From the NCBI GenBank assembly GCA_964236715.1, contig CAXSGE010000011.1, positions 14,007-78,006 on the forward strand: a stretch of 64,000 nt of DNA. The letters run 5' to 3'. This DNA is from an uncultured Acetobacteraceae bacterium (GTDB lineage: Bacteria > Pseudomonadota > Alphaproteobacteria > Acetobacterales > Acetobacteraceae). Shown piece after piece: positions 45,189 through 56,258 of the stretch. Both the position numbers and the translations under genes were made by a program. The notes under the pieces are model-generated. The model was not told the DNA's origin. It saw only the letters and a list, made by a program, of their open reading frames with translations, and made no database searches. Position 1 is the first letter of the stretch; the number at the start of each line of letters is the position of its first letter.

Positions 45189-47084
45189 CTAGATTGCAAC
45201 CCGGACGCCGAGTTCCACGACACGGTCGCTCGGAATACGGAAGAATTCGGTCGCGGGCACGGCATTTCGTGCCATGAATAAGAATAGGAACAGCCGCCAG
45301 GCCGGCAGCTTCGGCACCATGGCGCGCACCAGCACCTCGCGCCCGAGGAAAAAGCTGGCCTGCATGGCGTTGTATTCGACCCCGTGGGCGCTGAGCTCCT
45401 CAAGGCCGCGCGGGATGTTGGGGCTCTCCATGAAACCATAGCGCAGCACGACCCGGTGCACGCCGGGCGCAAGCTGCGACACCTCGATCCGCTCGTCGGC
45501 CGGCGCTTGCGGCATGTCCACGTTTTGCACCGTCACGAACAGGACCTTTTCGTGCAGCACCTTGTTATGCTTCAAGTTATGCAGCAAGGCCGCCGGCACG
45601 TAGTCCGGGTTGCCGGTCAGGAACACCGCCATCCCCGGGACCCGGACAGTGCGGGACTGCGGCAGGCGTGCAAGGAACGAGGCGAGCGGCAGGCTGTCCT
45701 GCTTCCATCGCGCCAGCATCAGCTCGCGGCCCTGATTCCACGACGTCATCATCGCCATAAGCCCGCAGCCCAGCAGCAAGGGCACCCAGCCACCCTCGGG
45801 GATCTTCAGGGCGTTAGCCGCGAAAAACATCAGGTCGACGGCAAAGAAGAAGCCGAACACCGACACGGCGAGGCTGCGCGGCCAATGGTACTGACGGCGA
45901 AACACCACCATCGCCAGCACGCAGGTGCAAAGGAACGTCCCCGTGACGGCGATGCCATACGCGGCCGCCAGGGCGTCGCTGCTGCGGAACGCCAGCACGA
46001 GGATCAGCACGCCGACCAGCAACGCCGTGTTGACCTGCGGGACGAAGATCTGCCCTTCCTCGGAGTGGCTGGTGTGCAGCACTGCCATGCGCGGCAGGAA
46101 TGCCATCTGCATGCACTGCCGGGCGACTGAGAATGCGCCGGAGATCAAGGCCTGGCTGGCGATGACGGTCGCCGCGGTGGCAAGCCCCACCAAGGGCAGG
46201 CGCAAGCTCTCGGGCACCATGAGGTAGAAGGGGTTCTCCAATGCGGACGGGTCGGCCATGACCAGGGCGCCCTGGCCGAAATAGTTCAGCACGAGGCAGG
46301 GCAGGACGAAGAACACCCAGGCGAGCCGGATCGGCTGGGCGCCGAAATGGCCCATATCGGCATAGAGCGCCTCGGCGCCCGTGACGGCCAGGACGACGGA
46401 GCCGAGAGCGACGAAAGCCAGCCAGCCGTGGTTGAGGCAGATCATGCCCGCATAGTGCGGCGATATCGCCATGAGCACGCCGGGGTTGCGGGTGATCTGG
46501 AACATGCCCATCGCCGCCAAGGCAATGAACCAGACCGCCATCACCGGGCCGAACAGGCGTCCGATGGTGTCGGTGCCCCGCACCTGCACGGCGAACAGCC
46601 CTACGATCACGATGATCGACAGCGGCAGCACCAGGCTTTTGAAGGTCGGCGACACGACCGCAAGCCCCTCGACCGCGGACAGGACCGAGATGGCGGGCGT
46701 GATCACGCCGTCGCCGAAGAACAGGCAGGCGCCGCCAATGCCGATCAGGCCCAGCGCCGCGCGCATGGCGGTGCTGGATGTGCCGCGTTGGGCCAATGCC
46801 ATGAGCGCCAGGATGCCGCCCTCACCATGGTTATCGGCGCGCATGACGAGCATCACGTATTTCACGGTCACGATCAGGATCAGCGACCAGAAAATCAGCG
46901 AAAGTATGCCCAGGATCTCGATGGGGCCGAGGCCGACGCCGGTGAAATGGATCAGGCTGGCCTTGAATGCATAAAGCGGGCTGGTGCCGATATCGCCATA
47001 GACGACGCCCAACACGCCCAGCAAGGCGGCGGCCCGCAACGGACGGGCGGCAACGTGGGGGACGGCGCTGACGGCCACGCTCAT
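45189..47084 (-). CDS. kup: KUP/HAK/KT potassium transporter
   Basis: [48 protein letters not shown]. Confidence 0.97.
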   Translation of the reverse strand: MSVAVSAVPHVAARPLRAAALLGVLGVVYGDIGTSPLYAFKASLIHFTGVGLGPIEILGILSLIFWSLILIVTVKYVMLVMRADNHGEGGILALMALAQRGTSSTAMRAALGLIGIGGACLFFGDGVITPAISVLSAVEGLAVVSPTFKSLVLPLSIIVIVGLFAVQVRGTDTIGRLFGPVMAVWFIALAAMGMFQITRNPGVLMAISPHYAGMICLNHGWLAFVALGSVVLAVTGAEALYADMGHFGAQPIRLAWVFFVLPCLVLNYFGQGALVMADPSALENPFYLMVPESLRLPLVGLATAATVIASQALISGAFSVARQCMQMAFLPRMAVLHTSHSEEGQIFVPQVNTALLVGVLILVLAFRSSDALAAAYGIAVTGTFLCTCVLAMVVFRRQYHWPRSLAVSVFGFFFAVDLMFFAANALKIPEGGWVPLLLGCGLMAMMTSWNQGRELMLARWKQDSLPLASFLARLPQSRTVRVPGMAVFLTGNPDYVPAALLHNLKHNKVLHEKVLFVTVQNVDMPQAPADERIEVSQLAPGVHRVVLRYGFMESPNIPRGLEELSAHGVEYNAMQASFFLGREVLVRAMVPKLPAWRLFLFLFMARNAVPATEFFRIPSDRVVELGVRVAI

Positions 47085-47278
47085 AGGCTTGGTCCCTTAG
47101 GCAAGGCGGCTGCGCTGCGCTGCAACGTCATTCGATATCCATCAATCGCGGAACTGGCATCACGCTGCACCTGCGGCGGCGGCCTCATCCCACGAACATC
47201 TTGCACACAGAGATGCCATAATTCGGTGGAGGTGCAAAGCGCAAGGTGGGCCGGGGTTCCTGCACCGGCACTCCCGGC

Positions 47279-48577
47279 CTAGCGCAGCCGCTCGAACGCC
47301 GTTTCACGGAACGTCGCGATGGTGGCGGCTGAAACTAGGCCGGCCGCGATCAGGTAATAGGTTGGCGCGATCGGGGTTCCGGTCGCCTGGATCAGCCAGG
47401 TGGCGATGAACGGTGCGAAGCCGCCGAAGATCGCGACCGAAAGCGCGTAGCCCACCGACATCAGCGTCGTGCGCGACCGCGTGGGGAACAGCTCAGCCAA
47501 GGCCGCCGGGCCAGGGCCGGAAAAGGCGGAGATCACCAGGTTGAAGCCGATCTGCACAAGCGCCACGCCCCAAGCGGACAGGCCCGACAGCATCAGCCGG
47601 AAGCCGGGATAGGCCAGCGCAACGAAGGTCAGGCAGCAGAATATCAGCATCGGCTTGCGCCCGATCCGGTCCGACAGCGCGCCCATGGCGGGGATCGCCA
47701 CCAGCAGCGCCAGCAGCCCGGCCGTGTTGGACCACAACGCCGCCGTCGCCGACAGCCCGGCGTATTTCTGCGTGAAGGTCGGCAAGTAGGTCAGCATCAC
47801 GTAATACGACACGGTCCACAGCACGGTGAAGCCGAACGCCTTGGCCATCAGCCCGAACGGCGTGCCGAGGTCGGCGAGGCCGGACGTCTCGCCGGCCTGC
47901 TCCGCCCGGAAGCGCGGGGTCTCGTCGATGCCGCGCCGCAGCCACAGGCCAACCGGCAGCAGCGTTGCACCCAGCAGGAACGGCAAGCGCCAGGCCCACG
48001 CGTCGATGTCAGCGGCTGAGAAAAAGCTATTCAGCAAGGCAGCGACGGCCGAGCTCATCAGCACCCCGCCGACGACCGACGCCTGGCTGTAGCTGCCGAA
48101 ATAGCCACGGCGCCCCTCCGGCGACCATTCCACGATGAACGAGGTCGCGTTGCCCCACTCGCCGCCCGCCGACAAGCCCTGCAGGATGCGGCACAGCACC
48201 AGCAGGACCGGCGCCAGCACGCCGATGCTGGCGTGGCTGGGGATCAGGCCGATGCCGACGGTGCCGACCGCCATCAGCAGGATCGTGGTCACCAGCGCCG
48301 ACTTGCGACCGCGGACGTCGCCCAGCCGGCCCAGCACGATCCCGCCCAATGGCCGTGCCAGGAACCCCACCCCGAACGCCGCGAAGGTCGCCAGCAGCCC
48401 GGCGACCTCGTCCGTGCCGGGGAAGAACTTGCGGGCGATCACGCTGGCGAGGAAGCCGTAGATGCCGAAATCGTAGTACTCCAGCACGTTGCCGATGCCG
48501 GCCGCGGTGATCGCGCGCCGCGCCGACATGCCGGATGCGCCTGTGGCGGCGCCGTAGCCTGCTGCAACCACGCCCAT
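47279..48577 (-). CDS. MFS transporter, metabolite:H+ symporter (ProP-like)
   Basis: GNVLEYYDFGIYG, RPLGG, QGLSAGGEWG, ELFPTRSR, IFGGFAP. Confidence 0.92.
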   Translation of the reverse strand: MGVVAAGYGAATGASGMSARRAITAAGIGNVLEYYDFGIYGFLASVIARKFFPGTDEVAGLLATFAAFGVGFLARPLGGIVLGRLGDVRGRKSALVTTILLMAVGTVGIGLIPSHASIGVLAPVLLVLCRILQGLSAGGEWGNATSFIVEWSPEGRRGYFGSYSQASVVGGVLMSSAVAALLNSFFSAADIDAWAWRLPFLLGATLLPVGLWLRRGIDETPRFRAEQAGETSGLADLGTPFGLMAKAFGFTVLWTVSYYVMLTYLPTFTQKYAGLSATAALWSNTAGLLALLVAIPAMGALSDRIGRKPMLIFCCLTFVALAYPGFRLMLSGLSAWGVALVQIGFNLVISAFSGPGPAALAELFPTRSRTTLMSVGYALSVAIFGGFAPFIATWLIQATGTPIAPTYYLIAAGLVSAATIATFRETAFERLR

Positions 48578-48710
48578 CGCCCGCACTCCCTGATCCGCGG
48601 GGAGAACGCTACCCACGCTTTCCCGTGCCGCACAACCCTGGCACTACCCGGCCAGTTGCCGCCCCCGCCAGCCTCGCGCAAGATCGCGGCACGACACGAT
48701 GGAGCGGAGA

Positions 48711-49616
48711 ATGACCGAGGCCAGACACCCCGACGGCGAGCCCTGGCAATGGACCGAGCCGACCTGGCGCCGCATCGTCGGCCGCGCCCGGGCCGGACGC
48801 AGCCTGGCGCCGAAAGCCTGGCCCGGCGGCGCGCGCTGCGCTTTCGCGGTCTCGTTCGACGCCGACCACGACACCATCCCGCTGCGCGACAGCGACGAGA
48901 GCCCGATGCGCATCAGCCAGGGCCAATACGGCAACCGCCAGGCGGTGCCGCGCATACGCCGGCTGCTCGAACGCGAAAGCATCCCCGCCAGCTTCTTCTA
49001 CCCCGCCGTCTCCGCCCTGCTGTATCCCGACGAGGTCCGCGCCGTCGCGGCGGATGGGCACGAGATCGGCATCCACTCGTGGATCCACGAGGCCAACACC
49101 ACCCTGCCGCCGGGGGTGGAGCGCGACCTGACCTTCCGCGCCGCCGACACGCTGGAAAAGATCGCGGGCGTCCGGCCCGTTGGCATACGGACCGCGAGCT
49201 GGGACTTCTCCGTCGACACCATGTCGATCATCCGCGAGCTTGGCCTGCTGTATGACAGCTCGCTCATGGCCGACGACGACCCCTACGAACTGGAAGCGGA
49301 CGGCGAGCCGACCGGCGTCGTCGAGCTGCCGCCCGAATGGATACGCGACGACGCCGTTTACTACAATTTCGTCCGCTTCAGCGCGCTGCGGCCCTACACG
49401 CCGCCCAGCGCGGTGCTGGAGATCTTCACCGCCGAGTTCGATGCGGCCTGGGAGGAGCGCGGGCTGTTCCTGCTCACCCTGCACCCGCACGTCTCGGGCC
49501 ACCGCTCGCGCCTGCCGGTGCTGGAGAAGCTGATTGCCCACGCCAAGGCCCGCGGCGGCTGCTGGTTCGCGACCCATGCGGACATCGCCCGATGGTGCCG
49601 GGATAGTGCCGCGTAG
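48711..49616 (+). CDS. polysaccharide deacetylase (CE4, PuuE/PgdA-like)
   Basis: WPGGARCAFAVSFDAD, HEIGIHSWIHE, YDSS, LHPHVSG. Confidence 0.9.
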   Translation: MTEARHPDGEPWQWTEPTWRRIVGRARAGRSLAPKAWPGGARCAFAVSFDADHDTIPLRDSDESPMRISQGQYGNRQAVPRIRRLLERESIPASFFYPAVSALLYPDEVRAVAADGHEIGIHSWIHEANTTLPPGVERDLTFRAADTLEKIAGVRPVGIRTASWDFSVDTMSIIRELGLLYDSSLMADDDPYELEADGEPTGVVELPPEWIRDDAVYYNFVRFSALRPYTPPSAVLEIFTAEFDAAWEERGLFLLTLHPHVSGHRSRLPVLEKLIAHAKARGGCWFATHADIARWCRDSAA

Positions 49617-49651
49617 CCGGGCCTCGTAGCCTGGCCCCGCAGCAGGGCGTC

Positions 49652-50575
49652 ATGCCTGCAACCCGCACGCTGTATCAAGGCCCGATCATCGACGCGCACC
49701 ACCACTTGTGGGACCTCGCCGGCGGGCGCTACCCGTGGCTGACGGTGCCTGAGGCGGCGGTCGGCGCGCTGGGCGATGTCGGCTTCCTCCGGCGCGACTA
49801 CCTGCCGCCCGACTACGCAGCCGACAGCGCCAGGCAGGGCGTGGCAGCGTCCATTCACGTCGAGGCGCTGTGGGACCCGGCGCGCAACCCGGTCGAGGAG
49901 ACCCGCTGGCTGGATGCCCTGCCGCGCCCGCCCGGCGTCGCCGCGCGCTATGTGGCAGCCGCCCCGCTCGCAGCGCCGGATGTGGCCCGGACCCTCGATG
50001 CCCACGCCGAGTCGCCGCGCGTCGCCGCCGTGCGCGAGACCATCCGCTGGCACCCCGATCCCGCCAAGCGCTGGACCCGGCGCGGGTTGGTGAACGAGCC
50101 GGCCTGGCGCCGAGGCCTGGCGCTGCTGGCCCGGCACGGCTGGGCGCTCGATTTGCTGATGAACGCGCACCAGGCGGAGGAGGTGGCGGCCCTGGCGCGC
50201 GACACCCCGGCGCAGCGCTTCATCGTCAATCATTGCTGCACCCCGAACGACCGCGACGCGGAGGGAATGGCGCGCTGGCGGGCCGGGCTGCGCGCGATGG
50301 GGGAGCAACCCAATATCGCCATCAAGCTCTCGAACTACGCGGCCTACGCGCCGGACCGCACGTTCGAGGCCGACCGCGCCACGCTGCGGACCTGCATCGA
50401 CGCGTTCGGGCCGCATCGCTGCATGTTCGGCAGCGACTACCCGGTCGCCCGCCGGACCATGACCTATGCAGCGCTGTGCGATCGGTTCCGCGAGGTTGCG
50501 GCCGAATACACGGCGGCCGAGCAGCGGGCGCTGTTCCACGACACCGCCGCCCGGCATTATGGGATTGGGGCATGA
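49652..50575 (+). CDS. amidohydrolase_2 family protein
   Basis: IIDAHHHLWD, IVNHC, IKLS, MFGSDYPV. Confidence 0.9.
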   Translation: MPATRTLYQGPIIDAHHHLWDLAGGRYPWLTVPEAAVGALGDVGFLRRDYLPPDYAADSARQGVAASIHVEALWDPARNPVEETRWLDALPRPPGVAARYVAAAPLAAPDVARTLDAHAESPRVAAVRETIRWHPDPAKRWTRRGLVNEPAWRRGLALLARHGWALDLLMNAHQAEEVAALARDTPAQRFIVNHCCTPNDRDAEGMARWRAGLRAMGEQPNIAIKLSNYAAYAPDRTFEADRATLRTCIDAFGPHRCMFGSDYPVARRTMTYAALCDRFREVAAEYTAAEQRALFHDTAARHYGIGA

Positions 50576-50729
50576 TCGCCGAACCGCTCGCCGTCATCGG
50601 CGCCAGCGGCCTCGCCGGCCTGCTATGCGGCAAGTCGGCGCCGCTGGCCTGCCTCTTGCTCAACTCGTTAGCGTTGCGCAGATTGCTCGGGCCTGGGACG
50701 GTGCCAGCATGATGGGAGGCATTATAGCA

Positions 50730-50945
50730 ATGCGGTGGCTCGCAATTCTTCCTTTCCTCGGCATCCTGGCCGGGACCCCGTTCTTCAACAGCGTTGCGCC
50801 GTCCGTTCTCGGCTTGCCCACCATCCTGGTGTGGCTGGTGTCATGGGTCGTCGCCACGTCCATCATCATGGCCATCGTGTACCAGAGCGATCCGGTTAAC
50901 CGCCGCGACGCGCCCGATCGCGTGCTGCCGGGATCGGCGCCATGA
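50730..50945 (+). CDS. DUF3311 small membrane protein (SSS transporter partner)
   Basis: MRWLAILPF...PSVLGLP..LVW...DPVN; GGAGG RBS; ATGA overlap with the symporter. Confidence 0.85.
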   Translation: MRWLAILPFLGILAGTPFFNSVAPSVLGLPTILVWLVSWVVATSIIMAIVYQSDPVNRRDAPDRVLPGSAP

Positions 50946-52417
50946 ACGTCGCGCTCGGCATTATCCTGGCCTTCATTGTCGTGGCCCTCGCCCTTGGCAT
51001 CCGCGCGCGCGGCGGCAGGGACATGGACCTTGAGCAATGGTCGGTAGGCGGGCGCGGCTTCGGCGCCATCTTCGTCTTCCTGCTCATGGCGGGCGAAATC
51101 TACACCACGTTCACCTTCCTTGGCGGCAGCGGCTACGCCTATGGGCATGGCGGGCCGGCGCTGTATATCCTGTCCTACGGCTGCCTGGCCTATATCCTTT
51201 CATACTGGATGCTGCCGCCGATCTGGCGGTTTGCGAAGCAGCACCGCCTGATCTCGCAGTCCGACTTCTTCGCCCGCAAATACGACAGCCCCGGCTTGGG
51301 CATCCTGGTGGCGGTGGTGGGGGTGATCGCGCTGCTGCCGTATTTGGTGCTGCAGCTCAAGGGACTGGGCATCATCATGTCCGTCGCATCCTATGGCAGC
51401 ATTTCCGCGACCGTCGCCATCTGGATCGGCGCCGCGGTCATCACCGCCTATGTCATGCTGTCCGGCATCCATGGGTCGGCTTGGAACTCCGTGCTGAAGG
51501 ACTTCTCGATCCTGGCGGTCGTGCTGTTCCTGGGCATCTATTTGCCGCTGCACCTTTATGGCAGCTACGCCAGCATGTTCGCTGCGATCGAAGCGGCCAA
51601 GCCCGGCTTCCTGGCCCTGCCGGCGCACGGCGAAAGCATCGTCTGGTTCGACTCGACCGTGATGCTGACCGCGCTCGGCTTCTACATGTGGCCGCACACC
51701 TTCGGCTCGCTGTACACCGCCCGGGACGCCCAGGTGTTCCGCAAGAACGCGGTCGTGCTGCCGCTGTATCAGCTCGTGTTGCTGTTCGTGTTCTTCGTGG
51801 GCTTCGCCGCGATCCTCAAGGCGCCGGGCCTGACCGGACCCGAGATCGATTTGTCGCTGTTCCGCTTGTCGATCGCCAACTTCGATCCGTGGTTCGTTGG
51901 CGTGATCGGCGGGGTTGGCGTGCTGACCGCGCTGGTGCCCGGGGCCATGATCCTGATGGCGGCGGCGACCCTGCTGGCCAACAACCTTTACCGCGCGGCC
52001 CATCGCGGCGCGACCGATGCGTCCGTTTCCCGGGTCGCCAAGCTGATGGTCCCTTTGGTGGCGCTCGTCGCCGTGCTGTTCACCCTGCAAGGCGGCAATA
52101 CGATCGTGGCGCTGCTGCTGATGGGATACAGCTTCGTGACCCAACTGTTCCCGTCCTTGCTGGCGAGCCTGCTGCCGCGCAACCGCGTCACCGCGCCGGG
52201 CGCGATGACCGGCATCGTGGCCGGCGTCGCCACCGTCGCGGCCACGGTGCTGACCCATACGACGACCCGCGACCTGCTGCCGTGGCTGCCGCAGCCGTTG
52301 CAGGACCTCAACATCGGGATCGTGGCCTTGGCCCTCAACCTGCTCGCCATGGGCCTGGTGAGCGCGGTGACGCAGCCGCGGGCCGGCCGCCAGCAGGCCA
52401 TGCAGCGGCCCGGCTAG
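50942..52417 (+). CDS. sodium:solute symporter (MctP/YhjB-like)
   Basis: LEQWSVGGRGFG, GEIYTTFTFLG, GFYMWPH. Confidence 0.92.
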   Translation: MNVALGIILAFIVVALALGIRARGGRDMDLEQWSVGGRGFGAIFVFLLMAGEIYTTFTFLGGSGYAYGHGGPALYILSYGCLAYILSYWMLPPIWRFAKQHRLISQSDFFARKYDSPGLGILVAVVGVIALLPYLVLQLKGLGIIMSVASYGSISATVAIWIGAAVITAYVMLSGIHGSAWNSVLKDFSILAVVLFLGIYLPLHLYGSYASMFAAIEAAKPGFLALPAHGESIVWFDSTVMLTALGFYMWPHTFGSLYTARDAQVFRKNAVVLPLYQLVLLFVFFVGFAAILKAPGLTGPEIDLSLFRLSIANFDPWFVGVIGGVGVLTALVPGAMILMAAATLLANNLYRAAHRGATDASVSRVAKLMVPLVALVAVLFTLQGGNTIVALLLMGYSFVTQLFPSLLASLLPRNRVTAPGAMTGIVAGVATVAATVLTHTTTRDLLPWLPQPLQDLNIGIVALALNLLAMGLVSAVTQPRAGRQQAMQRPG

Positions 52418-52431
52418 GCGCGTCCGCAGCG

Positions 52432-53334
52432 TCAGGCCGCGGGCGGCGCGTCGCCCTTGACCTGAGTGCGGTGCATCACCCGGCGCGCATCGGCGCTGAA
52501 CGGATCGCGGCGGTGCATGGTGGAACGGTTGTCCCACAGCACCAGGTCGCCCACCCGCCAGCGATGCCGCCACGCGATGTCGTCCGTCGTGGCGCGGCGC
52601 CAGACTTCGTCGAGCAGCGCCTCGGACTCCGCGAGCGGCAGGCCCTCGATGTAGGCGTTGCGGCGACGCCCGAGGTAGAGCATCCGGGTCCCGGTTTCGG
52701 GGTGGCGGCAAACCAAGGGATGCACCGTGCCCGGCGAGGCATGCGGGTCGTCCGTCGGCGTCACGCCCGCACGGACGAAGCCGCCGCTGTTGTAGGTGCC
52801 GTCGTGCTTGACGCGCAGCCCCTCGATCCGGTGTTTCAGCGCTTCCGGCAGGCGGTCATAGGCGGCGCGCATGTCGCTGAACCAGGTGTCGCCCCCGGTC
52901 GGCGGAATTTCCAAAGCGTAGAGCATGCTCGCCTTGGGCGGCTTGGGCAGATAGGACATGTCGGTGTGCCAGACAGCCTCGCCGGCGCCCAGGCTGCCGA
53001 TCGGCGCGCCGTCGGCGCCGAGCACGTTGGAGACCACATAGATCTCCGGACGCCCTTCCACGGAGGCGCGGCCATTCTCCTGCACCGGCGCGAGGTCGAG
53101 GTCGCCGAGGCGGCGGCTGAAGCCGGCCAGGTCGTCATCCGAGAGCGCCTGCCCACGGAACAGCAGCACGGAATGGTCGAGCCAGGCCTGATGGATGACG
53201 CCGAACGCCGCGTCATCGATCCGGCGCAGGTCGACGTCACGGACCTCGGCGCCGAGCACCGCGCCAGTCGGCACGACGTCGATCCCTGCAGCGGCGGCGT
53301 CGCGGCCGGTAATCTGGGCTGTTGTGGCGCTCAT
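52432..53334 (-). CDS. TauD/TfdA family Fe(II)/2-oxoglutarate dioxygenase
   Basis: WHTD (HxD), GGDTWF, HPLV..HPETG, WDNRSTMHRR. Confidence 0.93.
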   Translation of the reverse strand: MSATTAQITGRDAAAAGIDVVPTGAVLGAEVRDVDLRRIDDAAFGVIHQAWLDHSVLLFRGQALSDDDLAGFSRRLGDLDLAPVQENGRASVEGRPEIYVVSNVLGADGAPIGSLGAGEAVWHTDMSYLPKPPKASMLYALEIPPTGGDTWFSDMRAAYDRLPEALKHRIEGLRVKHDGTYNSGGFVRAGVTPTDDPHASPGTVHPLVCRHPETGTRMLYLGRRRNAYIEGLPLAESEALLDEVWRRATTDDIAWRHRWRVGDLVLWDNRSTMHRRDPFSADARRVMHRTQVKGDAPPAA

Positions 53335-53416
53335 CAGGCTCTCCCGTTGACTAGGCGCCGGATGATAGCGCTTAGGCCCGGATTTGTCGTGCCCCGGCTG
53401 CCGCGGAGTGACGCGG

Positions 53417-54682
53417 TCATGGGCGCGGCGTCGAGTTGGCAGTGGGGGAACGCTTGAACGTCTGGATGTCATAGGACGCCAGCAGCGCAGCCACGCTCAT
53501 CAGCAGCGCGCATGCGCCCAGTCCCAACGCGCGCTCCGTGCCGATCAGGTTCGCCACGGGGCCGCAGAGGGCGAATCCGATTGGGCCAAGGCCCATCGCC
53601 ACCAGGCCGAATATCGAGCTGACCCGCGACAGGAAGTCGCGGGGGATGCTCTCCTGGAGCGACGTTTGGACCAGGACGTTCACGACCGCGAGGGCGATGC
53701 CGAACGTGGCGCTCCCCAGGGCCAGCAGCGGCACGGGCGCATGCAGCGCGAGCATGATGAGGGGGGTTGCCAGCAGCGCGGTGGCGATCTGCACCGCCAA
53801 AAGCGGCCGTGGTATGTGGACGCGCAGGACCAGCAGGCCACCCGCGATCCCGCCCACGCCAGTCGCCGAAGCAATGAGGCCCCAGGTCCGGGCGCCATCG
53901 GGCACAGAGGCGAACAGGGCCGGGCCGAGCACGAATAATGGCGCAAAGGCGAGCAGGTTGAGCACGCCATGCTGCATGGTCACCAACTGCAGCCAGCGGT
54001 GGCGGTTGAACTCGCCCCAGCCAAGCTGCAGGTCGGTGACGAGCGAGGCACGGGGCGTGACCGCGTGGGGCGCGAGGCGCAGCGATGCGAGGCACGCAGC
54101 ACTGACGGCGTAGGACGCCGCGTCCAGGCCGAACGTGACCGATGCGCCGCCGAAGCTGACGAGCAGGCCGCCTAGCGCCGGTCCCAATATCGCTGCGAGC
54201 GAGCCGGACAGGCTGACGAGGCTGTTGGCGGTTTTGACCTGTTTGACGCCGGCGACCTGCGGGATTAGGCCGCTTTCGGCCGGTCCGTAGAAAGCGGTGC
54301 CGACGCCGCAGCACGCGGCCAGCATCATGAGGGCGGGAAGGGTCGGATGGCCGAGGGCCAGCAGGGTTGCCAGCGCCGCTTGGGTCACGCAGCGCAGCAG
54401 GTCGGCCGCAATCATCAGGCGGCGCCGGGGCCACCGGTCGCCGACAACGCCGCCGGCGAGCATCAGCAGCACCATCGGCGCTGTCTGCGCCGCCAGCACA
54501 GCGCCGATTGCAGAGGGGGAATAGCCGGCGCTGAGCAACGCGAATGTCAGCGCGACCGGGACCGCGGCGGTGCCGAGCGTCGAAATGCTATACGCCGTGA
54601 AGAACAGGGCGAAGTTGCGATGGCGCAGCAACGCGCGGTAGCCGCCATCCGCGGCTGCTGGGGACAGGAGCATCGATGCCAT
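53417..54682 (-). CDS. MFS transporter (DHA3/MFS_3-like)
   Basis: LRHRNFALFF, GGVVGDRWPRRRLMI, DAASY, LQESIP...RVSS. Confidence 0.88.
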   Translation of the reverse strand: MASMLLSPAAADGGYRALLRHRNFALFFTAYSISTLGTAAVPVALTFALLSAGYSPSAIGAVLAAQTAPMVLLMLAGGVVGDRWPRRRLMIAADLLRCVTQAALATLLALGHPTLPALMMLAACCGVGTAFYGPAESGLIPQVAGVKQVKTANSLVSLSGSLAAILGPALGGLLVSFGGASVTFGLDAASYAVSAACLASLRLAPHAVTPRASLVTDLQLGWGEFNRHRWLQLVTMQHGVLNLLAFAPLFVLGPALFASVPDGARTWGLIASATGVGGIAGGLLVLRVHIPRPLLAVQIATALLATPLIMLALHAPVPLLALGSATFGIALAVVNVLVQTSLQESIPRDFLSRVSSIFGLVAMGLGPIGFALCGPVANLIGTERALGLGACALLMSVAALLASYDIQTFKRSPTANSTPRP

Positions 54683-54798
54683 GAGCTAGCCGCGGTAGCA
54701 GAACATGCAGGCATCCGGAAGCCTGCAATCGAGAGGCGGAACGTGCCGCTTGGGATTCATTACCCGGCCATTATCCGCCGCCGGCGGCACGTTGCCGC

Positions 54799-56229
54799 TC
54801 AAGCGGTCGAGCCGGCGAACACGTTCTTTTTGATGATCGCGTGCACCCCCCAGTTGCCGTCCACCACCTGAGTGATGCCGAAATCCACCGCCACCGACAT
54901 CAGCGAGATCGCTTCGTCCTCCGTCAGCTTCTTCGTGCCCATCAGGAAGCTGCGCATCTTGCGGAACGCGTCCCGCATCGCAAGGTCGATCGAGGACTTG
55001 GTGAAGATCTCGCTCTGCGCGTTGGCGCCGAGGTCGGCGAGGTAGTTCGGGTAGCTGAAGCCCGACATGACCCAATCGTCCTGCGTCTCGATCAGCGGGA
55101 AGTTGAGCGCCTCCAACGCCGTGCCGCCAAGGTCGGCCTGCTTGTGCAGAATAAGCTGGAACGTGCCGGTCAACGAGCACTCGATGGCCGTGCCGCACAG
55201 CTCTGAGTCGCCCTGGCCGGCATGCGGGTCGCCGACGGAAAGCAGCGCGCCATCGACGGCGACCGGGTAGTACATCGTCGCGCCCTTGCCGATGCGCCAA
55301 TTGTCGATGTTCCCCCCGGTATAGCTCGGCGGGATGGAGTTGACGTAATCAGCCTCTTTCGGCGCCAGGCCCATGGTGCCGAAATGCGGGCGGATCGGCA
55401 CGCGGATGTTCTTCAGCACGTCCCAATTGCGCTGCGTCCGCGCATGGTCCACCAGCAGCCCGGGATAGTCGATCGTCGGATGCACCTTCCCCGTCGGGTC
55501 GGTGACCGGGACCCACTTGAAATTATAGATCGCGCGGGCCCAGTTGCGCTCGCCGGTCGCGTCCATCTCATAGATCGTGACCACCTCGCGCGGCTTGTCG
55601 CCGGTGATCAGGTCCTTGTACTGGAAGCCCCAGTTGGCGGCGGCGTTGCTGCCGAAGCACAGGCCCTTGAACTCGGGGTTGGCGGACGGCCTCGGCTTCA
55701 CGTCGAGGATGCGAACCTCCAGCACGTCGCCCGGCTCCGCCCCGCGCACCGCGACGGGGCCGGTGCAGATGTGCACGCCCAGTCCCCCGCCGTCGCCGGC
55801 GCCAGCGCCCCGGCGCATGACGCCCTTCTTGTCCTTGGTCCAAAGGTAAACGCTCTCCGCCCCGGGATCGCCTGTGATCATCCGCTCGGCGTCGTCGCTG
55901 GCCTGATGGGTCAACGTCTCGATGGTGACATAATCGCCCGAGTTCACCTCTACCTGCGGCTTCAGCAGCTTGCTGAAGTATCCCCAGTGCACGGTGTCGG
56001 CGTTGGCGGGCAAATGGAAGTAGGCGGGCTGCCCCGGCTGCCGCGCCGCCGAGGTTTGCGCAAGGGCCGGGGACACGAGGGAGATGCCGGCGGTCGCCAC
56101 CGCGGCCGCGCCGCCGGTCGCGGCGAAGCTGGACTTGAGGAACGCCCGGCGCTCCCTGGCCATGTCGGTGCGGAAATCGATCCGATGCTTCTCGAATTCC
56201 GCGCAGGCGGGATCGTCACCTTGGCACAT
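54799..56229 (-). CDS. acetamidase/formamidase family protein with Tat-like leader
   Basis: RRAFLK leader, TVHWGY, HICTGPV..GAEPGD, GGNIDN, GDPH..QGDSE. Confidence 0.92.
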   Translation of the reverse strand: MCQGDDPACAEFEKHRIDFRTDMARERRAFLKSSFAATGGAAAVATAGISLVSPALAQTSAARQPGQPAYFHLPANADTVHWGYFSKLLKPQVEVNSGDYVTIETLTHQASDDAERMITGDPGAESVYLWTKDKKGVMRRGAGAGDGGGLGVHICTGPVAVRGAEPGDVLEVRILDVKPRPSANPEFKGLCFGSNAAANWGFQYKDLITGDKPREVVTIYEMDATGERNWARAIYNFKWVPVTDPTGKVHPTIDYPGLLVDHARTQRNWDVLKNIRVPIRPHFGTMGLAPKEADYVNSIPPSYTGGNIDNWRIGKGATMYYPVAVDGALLSVGDPHAGQGDSELCGTAIECSLTGTFQLILHKQADLGGTALEALNFPLIETQDDWVMSGFSYPNYLADLGANAQSEIFTKSSIDLAMRDAFRKMRSFLMGTKKLTEDEAISLMSVAVDFGITQVVDGNWGVHAIIKKNVFAGSTA

Positions 56230-56258
56230 TTGCTTCTCCCCTATGATGGGGCGGATAG

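Noticed and set aside
54730-54800. Guanidine-II (mini-ykkC) riboswitch
   Set aside because: Loops are not ACGR and hairpin spacing is too long
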